64,000 bases of DNA, from positions 99,063 to 163,062 of the forward strand of contig CAZCGQ010000001.1 of the NCBI GenBank assembly GCA_964498425.1, in the 5' to 3' direction. This stretch comes from an uncultured Gammaproteobacteria bacterium (GTDB lineage: Bacteria > Patescibacteriota > Microgenomatia > UBA12405 > JAHJSD01). The notes beneath the pieces are model-generated. The model had not been told where the DNA came from, did not search any database, and saw nothing but the letters and a program-made list of their open reading frames with translations. Position 1 is the first letter of the stretch, and the number at the start of each line of letters is the position of its first letter. This document shows positions 10,801-21,102 of the stretch, piece by piece. Position numbers and translations under genes: made by a program.

Positions 10801-11621
10801 AAATCATCGGCACCAAATTCTTGTAAATGGTGAAGCTCGGACTCAGTTAAAACTGACAAAACATCAATCGACTCCGCCTTATCAATCAAATCCTTCTTTA
10901 GTTCATCCAGCTTGTCGTGTTCAACCGCTTCCTTATTCTTTAACCGCTGTTTCTTTTGTCTAAATTTAACAGTTAATTCCTCTTTAGCAATGGCTAACTG
11001 GTCATTATCCTTAATTTCCTTCTTCAACCGAGCTTCTTCGTTTTTCTTTGACTCCTGAAGCTTCTTCATTTTTTCCTCAACTTGTTTAGAAATTGCTTCC
11101 TTCTTCGCCTCTACCCCATCTTCAATTTTTGCCGGTGCTCCTCGCTGAACTCGACCGTCAGTCCCCAAAACCATGTACCGGGCAAAATAAATTACACCTT
11201 CTAAATCCTTCCGGGAAATATTCAATAAGTAAGCCAAAGGTGAAAAAGTATTTTTCCAGTACCAAAGATGAACAATTGGAGCAGCCAAAGTAATATGTCC
11301 CATTCTTTCTCTTCTTACTCGAGAATGAGTTACTTCAACTCCACACTTGTCACACACAACACCCTTATATCTCCTCTTCTTATACTTACCGCAGTAACAT
11401 TGATAGTTCTTTGTTGGACCAAAAATCTTTTCGCAAAAAAGTCCATTTTTCTCCGGCCGCCAAGTACGATAATTAATTGTTTCCGGCTCAGTTACTTCCC
11501 CATGTGACCAGTCCTGAATCTCCTTAGGAGAAGCCAACTTAATCCTCAAGCCGTTAAATTCAGCTAAATCTCCAAAATCCTCAATAGACATATCTCGTTT
11601 TGTTTTTTTGTCGTCTGCCAT
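7857..11621 (-). CDS. rpoC: DNA-directed RNA polymerase subunit beta'
   Basis: 1254 aa; zinc-binding CxxC..CxxC N-terminus, NADFDGD catalytic motif, C-terminal CSTCYG zinc motif. The ATG overlaps the rpoB stop (TAATG). Confidence 0.97.
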   Translation of the reverse strand: MADDKKTKRDMSIEDFGDLAEFNGLRIKLASPKEIQDWSHGEVTEPETINYRTWRPEKNGLFCEKIFGPTKNYQCYCGKYKKRRYKGVVCDKCGVEVTHSRVRRERMGHITLAAPIVHLWYWKNTFSPLAYLLNISRKDLEGVIYFARYMVLGTDGRVQRGAPAKIEDGVEAKKEAISKQVEEKMKKLQESKKNEEARLKKEIKDNDQLAIAKEELTVKFRQKKQRLKNKEAVEHDKLDELKKDLIDKAESIDVLSVLTESELHHLQEFGADDFFEVEVGAEAILKVLKDISLTSTIRDLRQQLQETRSKQKKKKLMRRIRVINGMIKADIEPAWMILRSLPVIPPELRPMVQLTGGRFATSDLNDLYRRVINRNNRLKRLMELGAPEIILRNEKRMLQESVDMLIDATKSRRQRYSKRPPRSLSDLLKGKKGRFRRNLLGKRVDYSGRSVIVSGPKLKLNECGLPREMALELFRPFILREMILRGLAPNVRSAKNLLDHKPPEVYDILEEVVKNKVVLLNRAPTLHKLSIQAFKPTLVDGLAIRIPACICSGFNADFDGDEMGVHLPLSKKAQKEAMEKMMPGNNLLKPASGRPINVPTKEMVVGCYFITSLRQEEKELFEDKEKALKEVHLFADQEEAMMAWRQRKVEMRELIGIKLGKELVLTTIGRLMFNQLIPEEMGFINEAVESGQIKNLINTAYKNFDSEVVVNLIDGLKDLGFYGATYSGISPSIFDCKLLPDKDKIIKKANQRASGIEENYREGLITQSERDELTQNMWIETTENIADLTWDRFESDDPIKMISDAGISRVSRDQIKQVSGMRGLVVDPMGRIVPLPTKSNFREGLSVFEYVTGARGSRKGLTDTALKTADAGYLTRRLVDVAHSSLVREEDCGTTRKLVIKNSGERQKSFAKRILGRHLADKVVDPETGKTLFKKGHLVSEEDAQLIADKEVKEAAVRSPLYCRTRYGVCSTCYGWDMSNKKAVDIGTPVGVVAAQSIGEPGTQLTMRTKHAGGVVGKDVTQGLPRVEELLEVRTPKNLAPIAEIDGKIKVSETEQGYQISLVGGKGKKKKSVSYRVPLTSTLMVKNGETVEKGTQLASGSMDIEQVLEVCGLRDAQLLLLREVQRVYESQGITIHDKHFETLIREMSSRVKITRPGDSDFLIGEYVEQPIYQEINQELKDEGKKPAKGKRVILGLIKAALNTYSWLSAASFQHTTNVLTEASILGKVDPMIGLKENVIVGRKIPITPERAKLE

Positions 11622-14600
11622 TAGTCTTCCTTAACTGGATTAACCTTTAATCCTAGACCGGCTAATTCTTTAACCATAACCTTGAACGATTCCGGAATTC
11701 CTGGGTCTGGAATATCCCGCCCCTTGATCATTGATTGAAAAGCCTGACCTCGGCCGGTAATATCGTCGGACTTAATCGTTAACATTTCTTGTAATCCTTG
11801 TGAGGCTTTATGTGCTTCTAAAGCCCAAACTTCCATTTCTCCTAAACGCTGACCACCCATCCGAGCCTTTCCACCTAAAGGCTGTTGGGTAACCAAAGAG
11901 TAAGGACCAGTTGATCGGGCATGGACTTTATCCTGCACCATGTGAATAAGCTTCATGATGTAACCAACCCCGACTACTGACTTTTGAGCATAAGGTCGAC
12001 CGGTCTTGCCATTAAATAACTGGGCCTTGCCATCAACCGGCAGTTCTGCTTCCTTTAATAATTCCACCATTTCATTTTCTGACAATGCCTCAAACACTGG
12101 TAATGCGTATTTTTTACCCAACTTCTTTCCCGCCCAACCCAAGTGGGTTTCCATAATTTGGCCTAAGTTCATTCGGGCAATAACCGATAACGGAGAAATA
12201 ACAATATCCACCGGAGTGCCATCTTCCAAGTAAGGCATATCCTGGGAAGGAACTATCTTGGAAATTACTCCTTTATTCCCATGCCTTCCAGCTAATTTGT
12301 CGCCAACCTTGGCTTTGCGCAGTTGTGCAACTGAAACCTTAATAACCTTATTTATTCCCGGATCAAGCTCATCGCCCTCATCACGGTCAAGAACATTGAC
12401 ATCAATAACTGTTCCCCCTTCGCCGTGAGGAATTCTTAAGCTGGTATCTTTAACATCCTTGGCTTTTTCACCGAAAATAGCCCGAAGCAATCTTTCTTCA
12501 GCCGTCAATTCCTTTTCTCCCTTAGGTTCAACTTTTCCAACTAAAATATCGTGAGCTCCAACGTTAGCTCCAACCATCACAATTCCATCTTCAGTTAAAT
12601 TAGCTAAATCTGATTCGGCAACATTAGGAATATCCCGGGTAACCTCTTCCGGACCAAGTTTAGTTTCAACAACCTCGGCCTCGTACTCTTCAATTTGAAT
12701 AGAAGTAAAAGTATCATCCTTTAACAACCGGTCCGAGATAGCAATAGCGTCTTCATAAACCAATCCTTCAAACGGGGCATAAGCAATGAGCAAGTTTTTG
12801 CCCGGAGCAAATTCTCCGCCCTGGCATCCCGGGCCGTCAATAATCATCTGGCCCTTTTTAACCTTATCGCCAACTTCAACTACTGCCCGCTGACTGTAGC
12901 AAGTGCCATATGGGCTTGTTCTTCGATACTTATTAATATTGTAGGTCTTAGCCTTACCGTCTTTCTTAGATTTAACAACAATCTTTTCTCCATCAACGTA
13001 CTCAACTGTTCCTGCTTCCTCGGCTTCTTTTACCCAACCCATTGCTCGAGCAACAACTCCCTCCAAACCGGTACCAACAATTGGTGATTCCGGTCTAACC
13101 AAAGGAGCACCCTGGCAAAGCATGTGAGCACCCATCAAAGCCCGCTGAGGTTCATCGTGGGCAACAAAGGGAATCAAAGCCGCAGCAATTCCCAACACCT
13201 GTTGAGAAACATAATCAACTAACTGCACATTTTCTACCTTTGCTTCGAAGAACTCTCCCTGATGACGGACCGGGACCCAATCTTCAACAATATAGCCGTC
13301 CTCATCAATATTCACTCCGGAATGAGTAATATAGTATTCCTCTTCGTCATCTGCCGGTAAATAAACAACCTCGTCAGTAATCTTCATCTTTGTTTTACCG
13401 CCAGACTTAACCTTTTTAACCTTTCGGTAAGGGGCCTCTAAAAAGCCATACTTATTTATCTGGGAAAACAAAGCAAGGTAGGTTACCAAACCAATATTCA
13501 TTCCTTCCGGCGACCGGATTGGACAAATTCGACCGTATTGGGAATCATGAATGTCACGAATTGAAAATGAAGCCCGCTCCCGACTCAAACCGCCAGGACC
13601 AAGTACAGTTACCCGCCGAAGCAAGTCCAATTCGGAGAGGGGATTAGTTTGTTCAAGAATTGACGATAATTGATTTGTTCTGAAAAAAGAATTTACGGCG
13701 TTAGTGAAAACTTGCGAAGAAATTAACCGAGTCGGAGAAGTTCCATCCTTAGTTGGGCTAGCCAAACTCATTCGTTCCTTAACCATTCGCTCAAAACGCA
13801 TTGTTGCTGACCGCAAAGCAACTTGAACTACAATTTCGCCAACCTGACGAATTCGGCGATTGCCAAGATGATCAATATCATCAATTTTCTGGGCTTCGCC
13901 TTTCTGTAAAGCAATCAAATACTTCACCGTTGAAATTAAATCCTCCTGGCGTAAAACCCAATTTTCTTCCTTGTCGTCCGGATAAGAAAGACCTAACCTC
14001 TTGTTAATTTTATATCTGCCAACCTGGCCGAGTTCATATGATCGGGAATCAAAAAATCTTTCTCGGAAATTGTTGCGTGCAGTTTCAACAACCGCGGGTT
14101 CACCAGGCCGAATTTTTTGATAAAACTCGAGTAAAGCCTCTTCTTCACTTTGAGTAGTATCCTGTTCAATTGTCGGCTGAATGAATTTACCAAAAGTATC
14201 CAACAAAGCTCGATTTGATTCCAAACCTAAAGCCCGAAAAATGACTGTTGCTGGAAACTTTCTTCGCCGGTCAATCCGAGCGTAAATAATCCCTCGGCGG
14301 CTGACCAAAAACTCCAACCACGACCCTCTCAATGGTCTAATTTCTGCTTCATGCAGAGTTTTTCCTGTTCTTTCGTCTTCCTCTGCGGTAAAGTAAACAC
14401 CGGGAGACCGAACCAACTGGTTTAAAATACATCTTTCAATTCCACTAACAATAAAAGTCCCCTGCTTGGTCATCAGGGGTAAATTCAACAAAAAGACATC
14501 TTCAGTCTGTGTTTTATTTTTTCGCTTGTTGGTCAACTTGGCCTCAATCTCAATTGGCGCTGAATAAGTCAAATCCTTACGAAAAGCTTCATTGGGAGTA

Positions 14601-14803
14601 ACTGAAGGCTTACCCACCTTAATATCACCTAATTCTAATAACCAGTTTTTCCCAGTATAGTCTTCAATAGGAGCAATCGACCGAATTGTTTCCCCCAAAT
14701 CATGTTCAATGAATTTCTTCCAAGACTCTTTTTGAACTTTGGTTAAGTCTGATGGTTTTGGAGTAAATGGTTTCTTGCCCAAATAGCTTCGTTTTTTTGC
14801 CAT
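11621..14803 (-). CDS. rpoB: DNA-directed RNA polymerase subunit beta
   Basis: About 1060 aa; conserved rpoB blocks (GLVTYLALFSQINKYGF, GGQRLGEMEVWALEAHKASQGLQE). The track start 14830 is GTG; ATG at 14801-14803 (MAKKRSYLGKK) is a plausible start. Confidence 0.95.
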   Translation of the reverse strand: MAKKRSYLGKKPFTPKPSDLTKVQKESWKKFIEHDLGETIRSIAPIEDYTGKNWLLELGDIKVGKPSVTPNEAFRKDLTYSAPIEIEAKLTNKRKNKTQTEDVFLLNLPLMTKQGTFIVSGIERCILNQLVRSPGVYFTAEEDERTGKTLHEAEIRPLRGSWLEFLVSRRGIIYARIDRRRKFPATVIFRALGLESNRALLDTFGKFIQPTIEQDTTQSEEEALLEFYQKIRPGEPAVVETARNNFRERFFDSRSYELGQVGRYKINKRLGLSYPDDKEENWVLRQEDLISTVKYLIALQKGEAQKIDDIDHLGNRRIRQVGEIVVQVALRSATMRFERMVKERMSLASPTKDGTSPTRLISSQVFTNAVNSFFRTNQLSSILEQTNPLSELDLLRRVTVLGPGGLSRERASFSIRDIHDSQYGRICPIRSPEGMNIGLVTYLALFSQINKYGFLEAPYRKVKKVKSGGKTKMKITDEVVYLPADDEEEYYITHSGVNIDEDGYIVEDWVPVRHQGEFFEAKVENVQLVDYVSQQVLGIAAALIPFVAHDEPQRALMGAHMLCQGAPLVRPESPIVGTGLEGVVARAMGWVKEAEEAGTVEYVDGEKIVVKSKKDGKAKTYNINKYRRTSPYGTCYSQRAVVEVGDKVKKGQMIIDGPGCQGGEFAPGKNLLIAYAPFEGLVYEDAIAISDRLLKDDTFTSIQIEEYEAEVVETKLGPEEVTRDIPNVAESDLANLTEDGIVMVGANVGAHDILVGKVEPKGEKELTAEERLLRAIFGEKAKDVKDTSLRIPHGEGGTVIDVNVLDRDEGDELDPGINKVIKVSVAQLRKAKVGDKLAGRHGNKGVISKIVPSQDMPYLEDGTPVDIVISPLSVIARMNLGQIMETHLGWAGKKLGKKYALPVFEALSENEMVELLKEAELPVDGKAQLFNGKTGRPYAQKSVVGVGYIMKLIHMVQDKVHARSTGPYSLVTQQPLGGKARMGGQRLGEMEVWALEAHKASQGLQEMLTIKSDDITGRGQAFQSMIKGRDIPDPGIPESFKVMVKELAGLGLKVNPVKED

Positions 14804-14882
14804 ATGTTTACCCATACCAAAAAAAGACACGGACCTTAGTCCGTTGTCTTTGTCGTGGGCCTATTATAACACACCTGATTTA

Positions 14883-15824
14883 TTAATCAAGATATTCCCG
14901 GATGTTAGCATTATGCTCTTCAATGGTCTGAGCGTAATGCATCTGCCCACTGCGATCGGATATATAATACCAATAATCTGTCTCCTCGTAATTAACAACT
15001 GCTTTAATCGAACTTAGTGATGGGTTACAAATAGGCGTCGGCGGCAGTCCCTTATATAAATATGTATTATAAGGACTGTCGATTGTTTTCAAATCCCGCC
15101 CGGAAACTTGCGGCCACCAGTTTCCCTCACTTCCTTTCGCATATTGTACAGTAGCGTCAACTTGAAGCGGCCAATCATTCTGCCACCGCTTATAGAGAAT
15201 TCCCGCGACAATTCTTCTTGCCTGGTCAATTTTCGCCTCTCTTTCCACCAATGAAGCTAAAATCAAAACCTGGTTTTGGGTCATCTCCGTCTGGTTTTCT
15301 ACCGCTTGCCATTTTTGCTGAAAATTATCAGTTAATTTTTTAACCACCTGGGGAACAACAACATCCGTCGGCAGTAAATAAGAATCTGGAAACAATCGGC
15401 CTTCCTTTCCCCGGGTCAAACTTAGAAATTCCTCTTCCGGCAAATTAAAATTTTCATTAAGCAAATCGGCGTATTCTTCCCGACGCTGACCTTCAACAAA
15501 GGTTATCCACTCATCTACTCTCCCTTCCTGCAGTTCCTCAACCAACTCCGGAACATTATCTCCCGGAGAAAGTTTAAAACTGCCGGCTTGCAACTTGCCT
15601 ACCTTATCATTCAACCGTAAGTAAGCTAAAAAGGCTAAATCGCTCCGTATTAAACCTTGTTTTTGCAATCGGCTGGCAATCGACCGGGTTGGCTCACCGC
15701 GATTAACCACAAAAACCATCTCTTGACTGCCGCCGACCGGTTGTAGACTATATATATAGTAACCGATAACTCCAATGCCTAACAAAACCAATAAAAAAAT
15801 TGTTATTACTAGAAGTCTCCTCAT
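14883..15824 (-). CDS. mltG: Endolytic murein transglycosylase MltG (YceG-like)
   Basis: N-terminal TM helix plus YceG signature YNTYLYKGLPPTPICNPSLSSIKAV. Confidence 0.8.
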   Translation of the reverse strand: MRRLLVITIFLLVLLGIGVIGYYIYSLQPVGGSQEMVFVVNRGEPTRSIASRLQKQGLIRSDLAFLAYLRLNDKVGKLQAGSFKLSPGDNVPELVEELQEGRVDEWITFVEGQRREEYADLLNENFNLPEEEFLSLTRGKEGRLFPDSYLLPTDVVVPQVVKKLTDNFQQKWQAVENQTEMTQNQVLILASLVEREAKIDQARRIVAGILYKRWQNDWPLQVDATVQYAKGSEGNWWPQVSGRDLKTIDSPYNTYLYKGLPPTPICNPSLSSIKAVVNYEETDYWYYISDRSGQMHYAQTIEEHNANIREYLD

Positions 15825-15827
15825 TTT

Positions 15828-15867
15828 AACTAATCGCTAGCCACTAGCCACTAGCAACTAACACCTA
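15828..15867. repeat. Degenerate heptamer array (TAGTGGC-like, about 5 units) immediately upstream of mltG start
   Basis: Reverse complement reads taggtgt tagttgc tagtggc tagtggc tagcgat. Confidence 0.7.
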
Positions 15868-15871
15868 ATCT

Positions 15872-16072
15872 TTACACTTCTTCAAACAACGCCCGGCGGT
15901 AACTATCCTTTTTAGGATTATAAATAAATATCCGCCCACACTTACAAGTGACCTTCTTCGTTCCATCTTCACGATCTTCGCTCTTCCCGTTATCAAGCGG
16001 TGTACCACATCCGACACATCTACCCTGAGATAATAACCAAGCTTGGATTGGAGCAATAATGTTTTTAAACAC
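15872..16072 (-). CDS. Small zinc-ribbon protein (hypothetical)
   Basis: 66 aa with CVGCG ... CKCG cysteine pairs. Chosen over the overlapping alternative-frame ORF 15865..16089. Confidence 0.4.
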   Translation of the reverse strand: MFKNIIAPIQAWLLSQGRCVGCGTPLDNGKSEDREDGTKKVTCKCGRIFIYNPKKDSYRRALFEEV

Positions 16073-16127
16073 GCTTCACCTCCTTCCAAAAGAACTATTA
16101 ATGTTTTGAGATCTTACCATGAATTTT

Positions 16128-16865
16128 CTACTTGACCAAACGGGCTTTAACAATAAGCCTTCTCAAATAAGTCCCCGGCGGTGAGCAGGTTATTAAGGTC
16201 ATGTAGCGACCGTCATACCGTTGTTCTAAAACAGAAACATCGGTTGGTGGAACTTCAAACATTTTCTCAACTAAATATTCATATTTAATCCCGTCGTAAT
16301 TAAGAATAATTTTGTCGCCGGATTTCAGCGTATGCAAAGTTGAAAAAATGGTTAAATAATTCTTGGGGTTGTAAAATTGCGGCAAAACTGAATGGCCAAA
16401 AACAACGGAATTACCCAATTGCCCCGGCATTGCCGTACCTTGATAATGAATTAGCTTCTTTTTTAGATCTTCGCCGCCAATTTGCACCCAGGCATCGTCA
16501 ATATTCAATTTTGGAATTGACAATCGATAATCGGTTACTTGCGGGGCTTCTTGATAGTCAAGCTCTATTGTTTCATCAAACCAAGAGGAAATCATTGTGT
16601 AATCCGGATTATCCTCATGAGCTGACACTGCCATCGACCCCAAACTCCTTGACCGCTGTTGAACAACTGGGCTGAGCATTTTACCCCGAAAGCGGTTAGA
16701 ATACCGAACCTGATAGCCGATCATTGGAATAACGGCATTGCCAACCAAAACCAATCCCCCAATAGAAAAGAGCAGTGAAAAAAGCTTCTTTCTTTGTTGT
16801 TTTCCTGGGCCAGGTTTTTTAGGGACCTTTTTTGGACGTCCCTTTTCATAAACGTATAGCGGCAT
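16128..16865 (-). CDS. Sortase family transpeptidase
   Basis: N-terminal TM anchor; catalytic His context VVFGHS; TLITCSP (TLxTC active-site Cys motif). 3 nt from the upstream 715-aa gene. Confidence 0.85.
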   Translation of the reverse strand: MPLYVYEKGRPKKVPKKPGPGKQQRKKLFSLLFSIGGLVLVGNAVIPMIGYQVRYSNRFRGKMLSPVVQQRSRSLGSMAVSAHEDNPDYTMISSWFDETIELDYQEAPQVTDYRLSIPKLNIDDAWVQIGGEDLKKKLIHYQGTAMPGQLGNSVVFGHSVLPQFYNPKNYLTIFSTLHTLKSGDKIILNYDGIKYEYLVEKMFEVPPTDVSVLEQRYDGRYMTLITCSPPGTYLRRLIVKARLVK

Positions 16866-16867
16866 TG

Positions 16868-19015
16868 TTATTCCTCAACCTTAATAATAATGTTTTCTGG
16901 CTTAAGAGGCAAGTAGCCAATATATTTCAGCCAGGGGAATTGATAATTAACTTCATGCCGATAAATCCTTGGATAAGACTGGCGGATTAATTCTTTTGCC
17001 TTATCTTCCTTCTTACTAATAACTTCACGACTCAACTTTTCTTTATCGATTTCGGGATAAGCCTCTCCCTTTAAAGTTAGTGTGCCGCTAATTCCTTCTT
17101 CATCATCCTCATTAACATCAAGCTTAGCTTTCAAACTTCCATCTCTTAATTCATAACCTGCTTCAATTTTTTCTGATAAAACTTGTTCAGCAATTTTTAA
17201 CAACCGCTCTTGACTAATTTTAGCCGCCGTCACCTTGGCAGTCATTTCTAATCCAACGTTATCAACCTCATCCCCTACCTCAGCCGTAAACTCCTCCTCA
17301 ACAATACTTGCTTCCAAACTACCACTAATCAGTTGACTGTCCGATAATTTCGACTTCAACTCTTTTTCCGCCTCCGATTTCAACTCTTCAGACAAACTCT
17401 CTCTTAACTTCGCCAAATCTTCTTCGGAAACTGCTCTAATCTTCCTACTTGTCCCCCCGCTGAAAGCCGACTCATTCCGGGCCAAATAATCATCTTCGGA
17501 ATTGTCAGCAATCGTAAAAGTACTTTCTGCCGCCAAATTGTATTCCGCTCCAATTTCACCAGCCGTTACCTCAGCCGTCGTTTCACCCCAACGATCAACT
17601 CCGGTATTCAAATCTGCCGTTTTGGAAGCGACCGAAACATCATTATTGAAAACAAACTCCAATCCGCCCGGTCCAGATAAACTTGTTCCGGCATCAAATT
17701 CTGCCCGCTCGGCCGTCCGGTTAAAAACTTTAACTTCACCCGTTGATTTTTCACCGATTAATTTTTCTCCAGTTGTTGCCCGACTTTTTTCTCCGTCCTT
17801 CTCAACCGAAACCTGATCGGCAGGAATAATACCATTATCCAAATCAACTGACTTAGCTTCCGAATCTAACTGCACCTCCACTTCATCCGATAACTCCTCC
17901 GGGGTTACATAAATCATCACTGTTGCCTTAGAAAAACGCCAGCTCAAAAAAAGGCCGCCGCCAAAAACAATCAAAAATCCGATGACAATAAACACCCAGC
18001 GTTGACCTAAAAAGGCAAAACTGATCTTTGGCATTTTTATTTTAGGCAGTTTCTTTTTCAAACCGGCTCCAATCGGCTTTGGTTTTGGTTTTTGTTCTTG
18101 TTCCGGCTTTGGCTCAATCTTGCTTACCGCCGGCTTTTCTTCTTCAGATGGCTCTGCCTCTTCTTCCGGTTTCTTACTACCAGCACCCCACTCTCCCTGG
18201 GCAACATCAGTGGAACTAAAACCAAAAGCGTCAACTTCCGGTTCTGGTTCCGGCTCCGGCTTGGATTTCGGCTCAACTTCAGTAACTAACTCTTCTTCGG
18301 GTTCTTTCGCCAAACTTGTTTTTTGAGGAACAACCTCCAGTTTAACCTCACCCTTAATTACCTGTGCTGCCATCTTTAAAAATTCCGGCCACAGAAAAAC
18401 CTTAATTTTCGGCACCCGGTCAAATATTTTTTCTTCCTGCCACTGATGAGACAACAACCGATCCTTATTGCCATCCTTAATCTTCCCCCAAAAAACCAAC
18501 TCCTGGGGAATCATCGCTTTCCCATTCAACTGCCTCAAAAAAATAGCAACATCTTCGGGATCAATATCCTCCCCGTTTTCCAACTCTTCTTGCACCTCAA
18601 CACTCTTTTCCTTTAAAACTGAAAACCGAAGATAATTACTACCAAAATAAACGCTGACAAAGTCATCATAATAATTGGCCAAAACTTCCTCGCCAACTAA
18701 AAATCCTTCTGGATTTATCCTTAACTGTTTGCAAACATGTTGAAGAATTTTTTTGCGGCTGGGCAGAACTTCACTCCGATGGCTGACCCAAAAAGGCGGC
18801 AAAATAAAAACCGTCCTCTCCGGCCGAGGAATTCCTTCCTCTTTGGCCAAACAAGTTCCAATACCGGAATCCAGAGCGGCTACCAAACTATTCGGATCTT
18901 CCCCATCCCAACCTTTCTCCTGACTAACCATCAACTCCCCACTTTCTGTCAGCATGCCAACAACCGCTTCTTTCTCCTCAATTAAAATTATCCACTTATT
19001 CTCCCCCTTATCCAT
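16868..19015 (-). CDS. Large membrane protein, co-operonic with the sortase
   Basis: 715 aa; N-terminal IILIEEKEAVVGMLTESGELMV has an actin-like (FtsA/PilM-like, tentative) flavour; PE/K-rich low-complexity region; single TM (FIVIGFLIVFGGGLFL); acidic Ser/Glu-rich C-terminal ectodomain. Confidence 0.5.
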   Translation of the reverse strand: MDKGENKWIILIEEKEAVVGMLTESGELMVSQEKGWDGEDPNSLVAALDSGIGTCLAKEEGIPRPERTVFILPPFWVSHRSEVLPSRKKILQHVCKQLRINPEGFLVGEEVLANYYDDFVSVYFGSNYLRFSVLKEKSVEVQEELENGEDIDPEDVAIFLRQLNGKAMIPQELVFWGKIKDGNKDRLLSHQWQEEKIFDRVPKIKVFLWPEFLKMAAQVIKGEVKLEVVPQKTSLAKEPEEELVTEVEPKSKPEPEPEPEVDAFGFSSTDVAQGEWGAGSKKPEEEAEPSEEEKPAVSKIEPKPEQEQKPKPKPIGAGLKKKLPKIKMPKISFAFLGQRWVFIVIGFLIVFGGGLFLSWRFSKATVMIYVTPEELSDEVEVQLDSEAKSVDLDNGIIPADQVSVEKDGEKSRATTGEKLIGEKSTGEVKVFNRTAERAEFDAGTSLSGPGGLEFVFNNDVSVASKTADLNTGVDRWGETTAEVTAGEIGAEYNLAAESTFTIADNSEDDYLARNESAFSGGTSRKIRAVSEEDLAKLRESLSEELKSEAEKELKSKLSDSQLISGSLEASIVEEEFTAEVGDEVDNVGLEMTAKVTAAKISQERLLKIAEQVLSEKIEAGYELRDGSLKAKLDVNEDDEEGISGTLTLKGEAYPEIDKEKLSREVISKKEDKAKELIRQSYPRIYRHEVNYQFPWLKYIGYLPLKPENIIIKVEE

Positions 19016-19032
19016 ACATAAAATATAGCATA

Positions 19033-19110
19033 GCTAGTAATTAGTAGCTAGGGGCTAGGTGTTAGCGGCTAGGTGCTGGTGACTGGTGGTTAGTGACCGA
19101 CCATACAATT
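19033..19110. repeat. Heptamer array (about 9 units TAGNNNN) plus conserved box TTAGTGACCGACCATACAATTTTACTTCGCC, in the 5' region of the 16868-19015 gene
   Basis: tagtaat tagtagc taggggc taggtgt tagcggc taggtgc tggtgac tggtggt tagtgac, then the box. Confidence 0.75.
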
Positions 19111-20928
19111 TTACTTCGCCATATCTAACTTTGCGTAAATGCGACGCTTGCCAGCCCCAGAAGACTCCTCCTTGATAATCTCAAATTTCCCCAGCTCCCC
19201 AGTCGAATCAACATGCGGCCCACCGCAGATTTCCTTTGAAAAAGAATCTATTTCATAAACCTTAACTTCCTCCGGATAATTCTTCCCTGGTATATATCCC
19301 GCCCCACTTTCTTTCGCCTCCTCTAAACTCATTGTTTTCTGGTTAACCGGTAAATCCTCCTCAATTTTCTGGTTTATCAGTTTCTCAACCGCCTCAACTT
19401 CCTCTTCTGTCAAAGCCTTGGGATGAGGAAAATCGAACCGAAGCTTTTCAGTTGTTATTGCCGATCCGGCTTGATGAACATGTTCTCCTAAAACTTCCTT
19501 TAAAGCCTGGTGAAGAAGATGAGTTGCCGTGTGGAGCTGAATCGTTTCTTCCTTTTGCTCTGCCATTCCCCCTTTAAAAATATCCTTGGCCGCTTTCCGC
19601 GACAATTCCTTATGCCGGTTCATTTCTTCATAAAATCCGTCAATATCAACCTCAACATCCGGCCGGATCCGGTTAACTTCTTCAACTGTTATTTCTAACG
19701 GAAAACCATAAGATTGATAAAGGTCAAAAACAGCCATTCCGCTTAGCTGTCCTTTCTTATTAACCTTATTTAATTCCTCGACTAATTTTTTTAGCCCCCG
19801 ATCAAGGACCTTGAAAAATCGCTTCTCCTCTTTAACCAAATTCGATAAAATAAATTCCCGGTTGTCACCAAGCTTTCGGTAATCATCAGCATAACTGGCA
19901 ATAACCTCCTTGCCAATCAAATCGGCAAACTCCCGCTCAATCCCAAGCAGTTTGCCAAACCGGACCGCCCGCCGAATTAACCGTCTTAAAACATATCCCT
20001 GCCGCTTATTGCTCGGTAAAATTTCTTCTCCTAGAACAAAGACCGCCGCCCGCAGGTGGTCAACAATAATCCGCATATATTTAGTTTCTTCTTCATTCTT
20101 TCCATATTCCTTCCCACTAATTTCTTCTAATTCTTTAATCATTCCGGCCAATGGTTCAATCTGGTAATCATCGTAATGGCCCTGTAAAACGGCAACCATT
20201 CTGGCTAACCCCATGCCGGTATCAACATTCTGCTGAGACAGTTTCTCATAGCTTCCATCTTCTTTACGGTTATATTCAATAAAAACATTATTCCAAATCT
20301 CAATCCACTTACCACAGTCACATCCCGGCTGACATTTTTCGCCGCAGGCGTCTTTGCCGGTATCATAGAAAATCTCCGTATCCGGCCCACCCGGTCCGGT
20401 CTCACCGACTTCCCACCAATTATCTTTTTTTCCCAATGGAAATATTCTATCCTCCGGCATACCAACCGCCAACCAGGCCTTTTTTGCCTCTTCATCAAAA
20501 GGAGCGTTTTCATTTCCCTCAAAAATCGTTACTGCCAGTCTTTCCGGATCCATCCTTAACTCTTTAGTTAAAAATTCCCAACTCCAGGAAATTGATTCCT
20601 CTTTGAAATAGCCCGCCTTGCCGAAAACGTCAGTCGAGGCAGGTCCGCCCAGCGACCAATTACCAAGCATTTCAAACCAAGTGTGATGATAAGTATCTCC
20701 AACATTATCTATATCCACTGTCCGTAAACACTCCTGAACATCAGCCAGCCGGGCTCCCATCGGGTGCTTTTGGCCGACAAAGTAAGGCACCAAAGGATGA
20801 ATACCGGCGGAAATAAACAAAGTAGAAGTATCCCCCTCCGGAATCAAAGGAGCAGACGGAATCCACTTATGCCCTCTTGCCTCAAAAAACTCCCGAAATT
20901 TGGTAATCAATTCCTCCCTAGTCATCAT
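19111..20928 (-). CDS. alaS: Alanine--tRNA ligase, short form lacking the C-terminal C-Ala domain
   Basis: Class II AlaRS N-terminus (FFEARGHKW, HHTWFEMLGNWSLG) and editing-domain HxxxH (LHTATHLLHQAL), but only about 605 aa. The track start 20949 is TTG; ATG ATG (MMTREEL) at 20928 is the likely start. Confidence 0.9.
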   Translation of the reverse strand: MMTREELITKFREFFEARGHKWIPSAPLIPEGDTSTLFISAGIHPLVPYFVGQKHPMGARLADVQECLRTVDIDNVGDTYHHTWFEMLGNWSLGGPASTDVFGKAGYFKEESISWSWEFLTKELRMDPERLAVTIFEGNENAPFDEEAKKAWLAVGMPEDRIFPLGKKDNWWEVGETGPGGPDTEIFYDTGKDACGEKCQPGCDCGKWIEIWNNVFIEYNRKEDGSYEKLSQQNVDTGMGLARMVAVLQGHYDDYQIEPLAGMIKELEEISGKEYGKNEEETKYMRIIVDHLRAAVFVLGEEILPSNKRQGYVLRRLIRRAVRFGKLLGIEREFADLIGKEVIASYADDYRKLGDNREFILSNLVKEEKRFFKVLDRGLKKLVEELNKVNKKGQLSGMAVFDLYQSYGFPLEITVEEVNRIRPDVEVDIDGFYEEMNRHKELSRKAAKDIFKGGMAEQKEETIQLHTATHLLHQALKEVLGEHVHQAGSAITTEKLRFDFPHPKALTEEEVEAVEKLINQKIEEDLPVNQKTMSLEEAKESGAGYIPGKNYPEEVKVYEIDSFSKEICGGPHVDSTGELGKFEIIKEESSGAGKRRIYAKLDMAK

Positions 20929-20988
20929 AGAGTAGTATAACAAAAACAACTCACATTGCTCAATTGTTAAAACCGGAAAAATAAGAAT

Positions 20989-21057
20989 CTAGTAATAATT
21001 AGTGGCTGGGTGCTAGTGGCTAGTGATTAGTGACCGGCCATATATATTTAAAGCGAA
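20989..21057. repeat. Heptamer array plus conserved box TTAGTGACCGGCCATATATATTTAAAGCGAA upstream of alaS
   Basis: tagtaat..tagtggc tgggtgc tagtggc tagtgat tagtgac, then the box; near-identical to the 21822-21890 copy. Confidence 0.75.
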
Positions 21058-21102
21058 ATTTAAGAATTATTTTTGAAAATTGAACATTGAAAATTCGAAA
21101 AT

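Noticed and set aside
7857-14830. Many 60-110-aa antisense or off-frame ORFs inside rpoB, rpoC, fusA, tuf, hsdR, hsdM and others
   Set aside because: They are embedded in highly conserved genes and have low-complexity, Ser/Leu-rich translations. Shadow ORFs.
15865-16089. Alternative-frame 74-aa ORF overlapping the zinc-ribbon ORF
   Set aside because: It has no motif, and the CxxC...CxC zinc-ribbon frame is more protein-like. Only one of the two can be real.
19033-19097. Short tandem arrays as a CRISPR array
   Set aside because: Units are 7 bp, degenerate and contiguous without spacers, and there are no cas genes.
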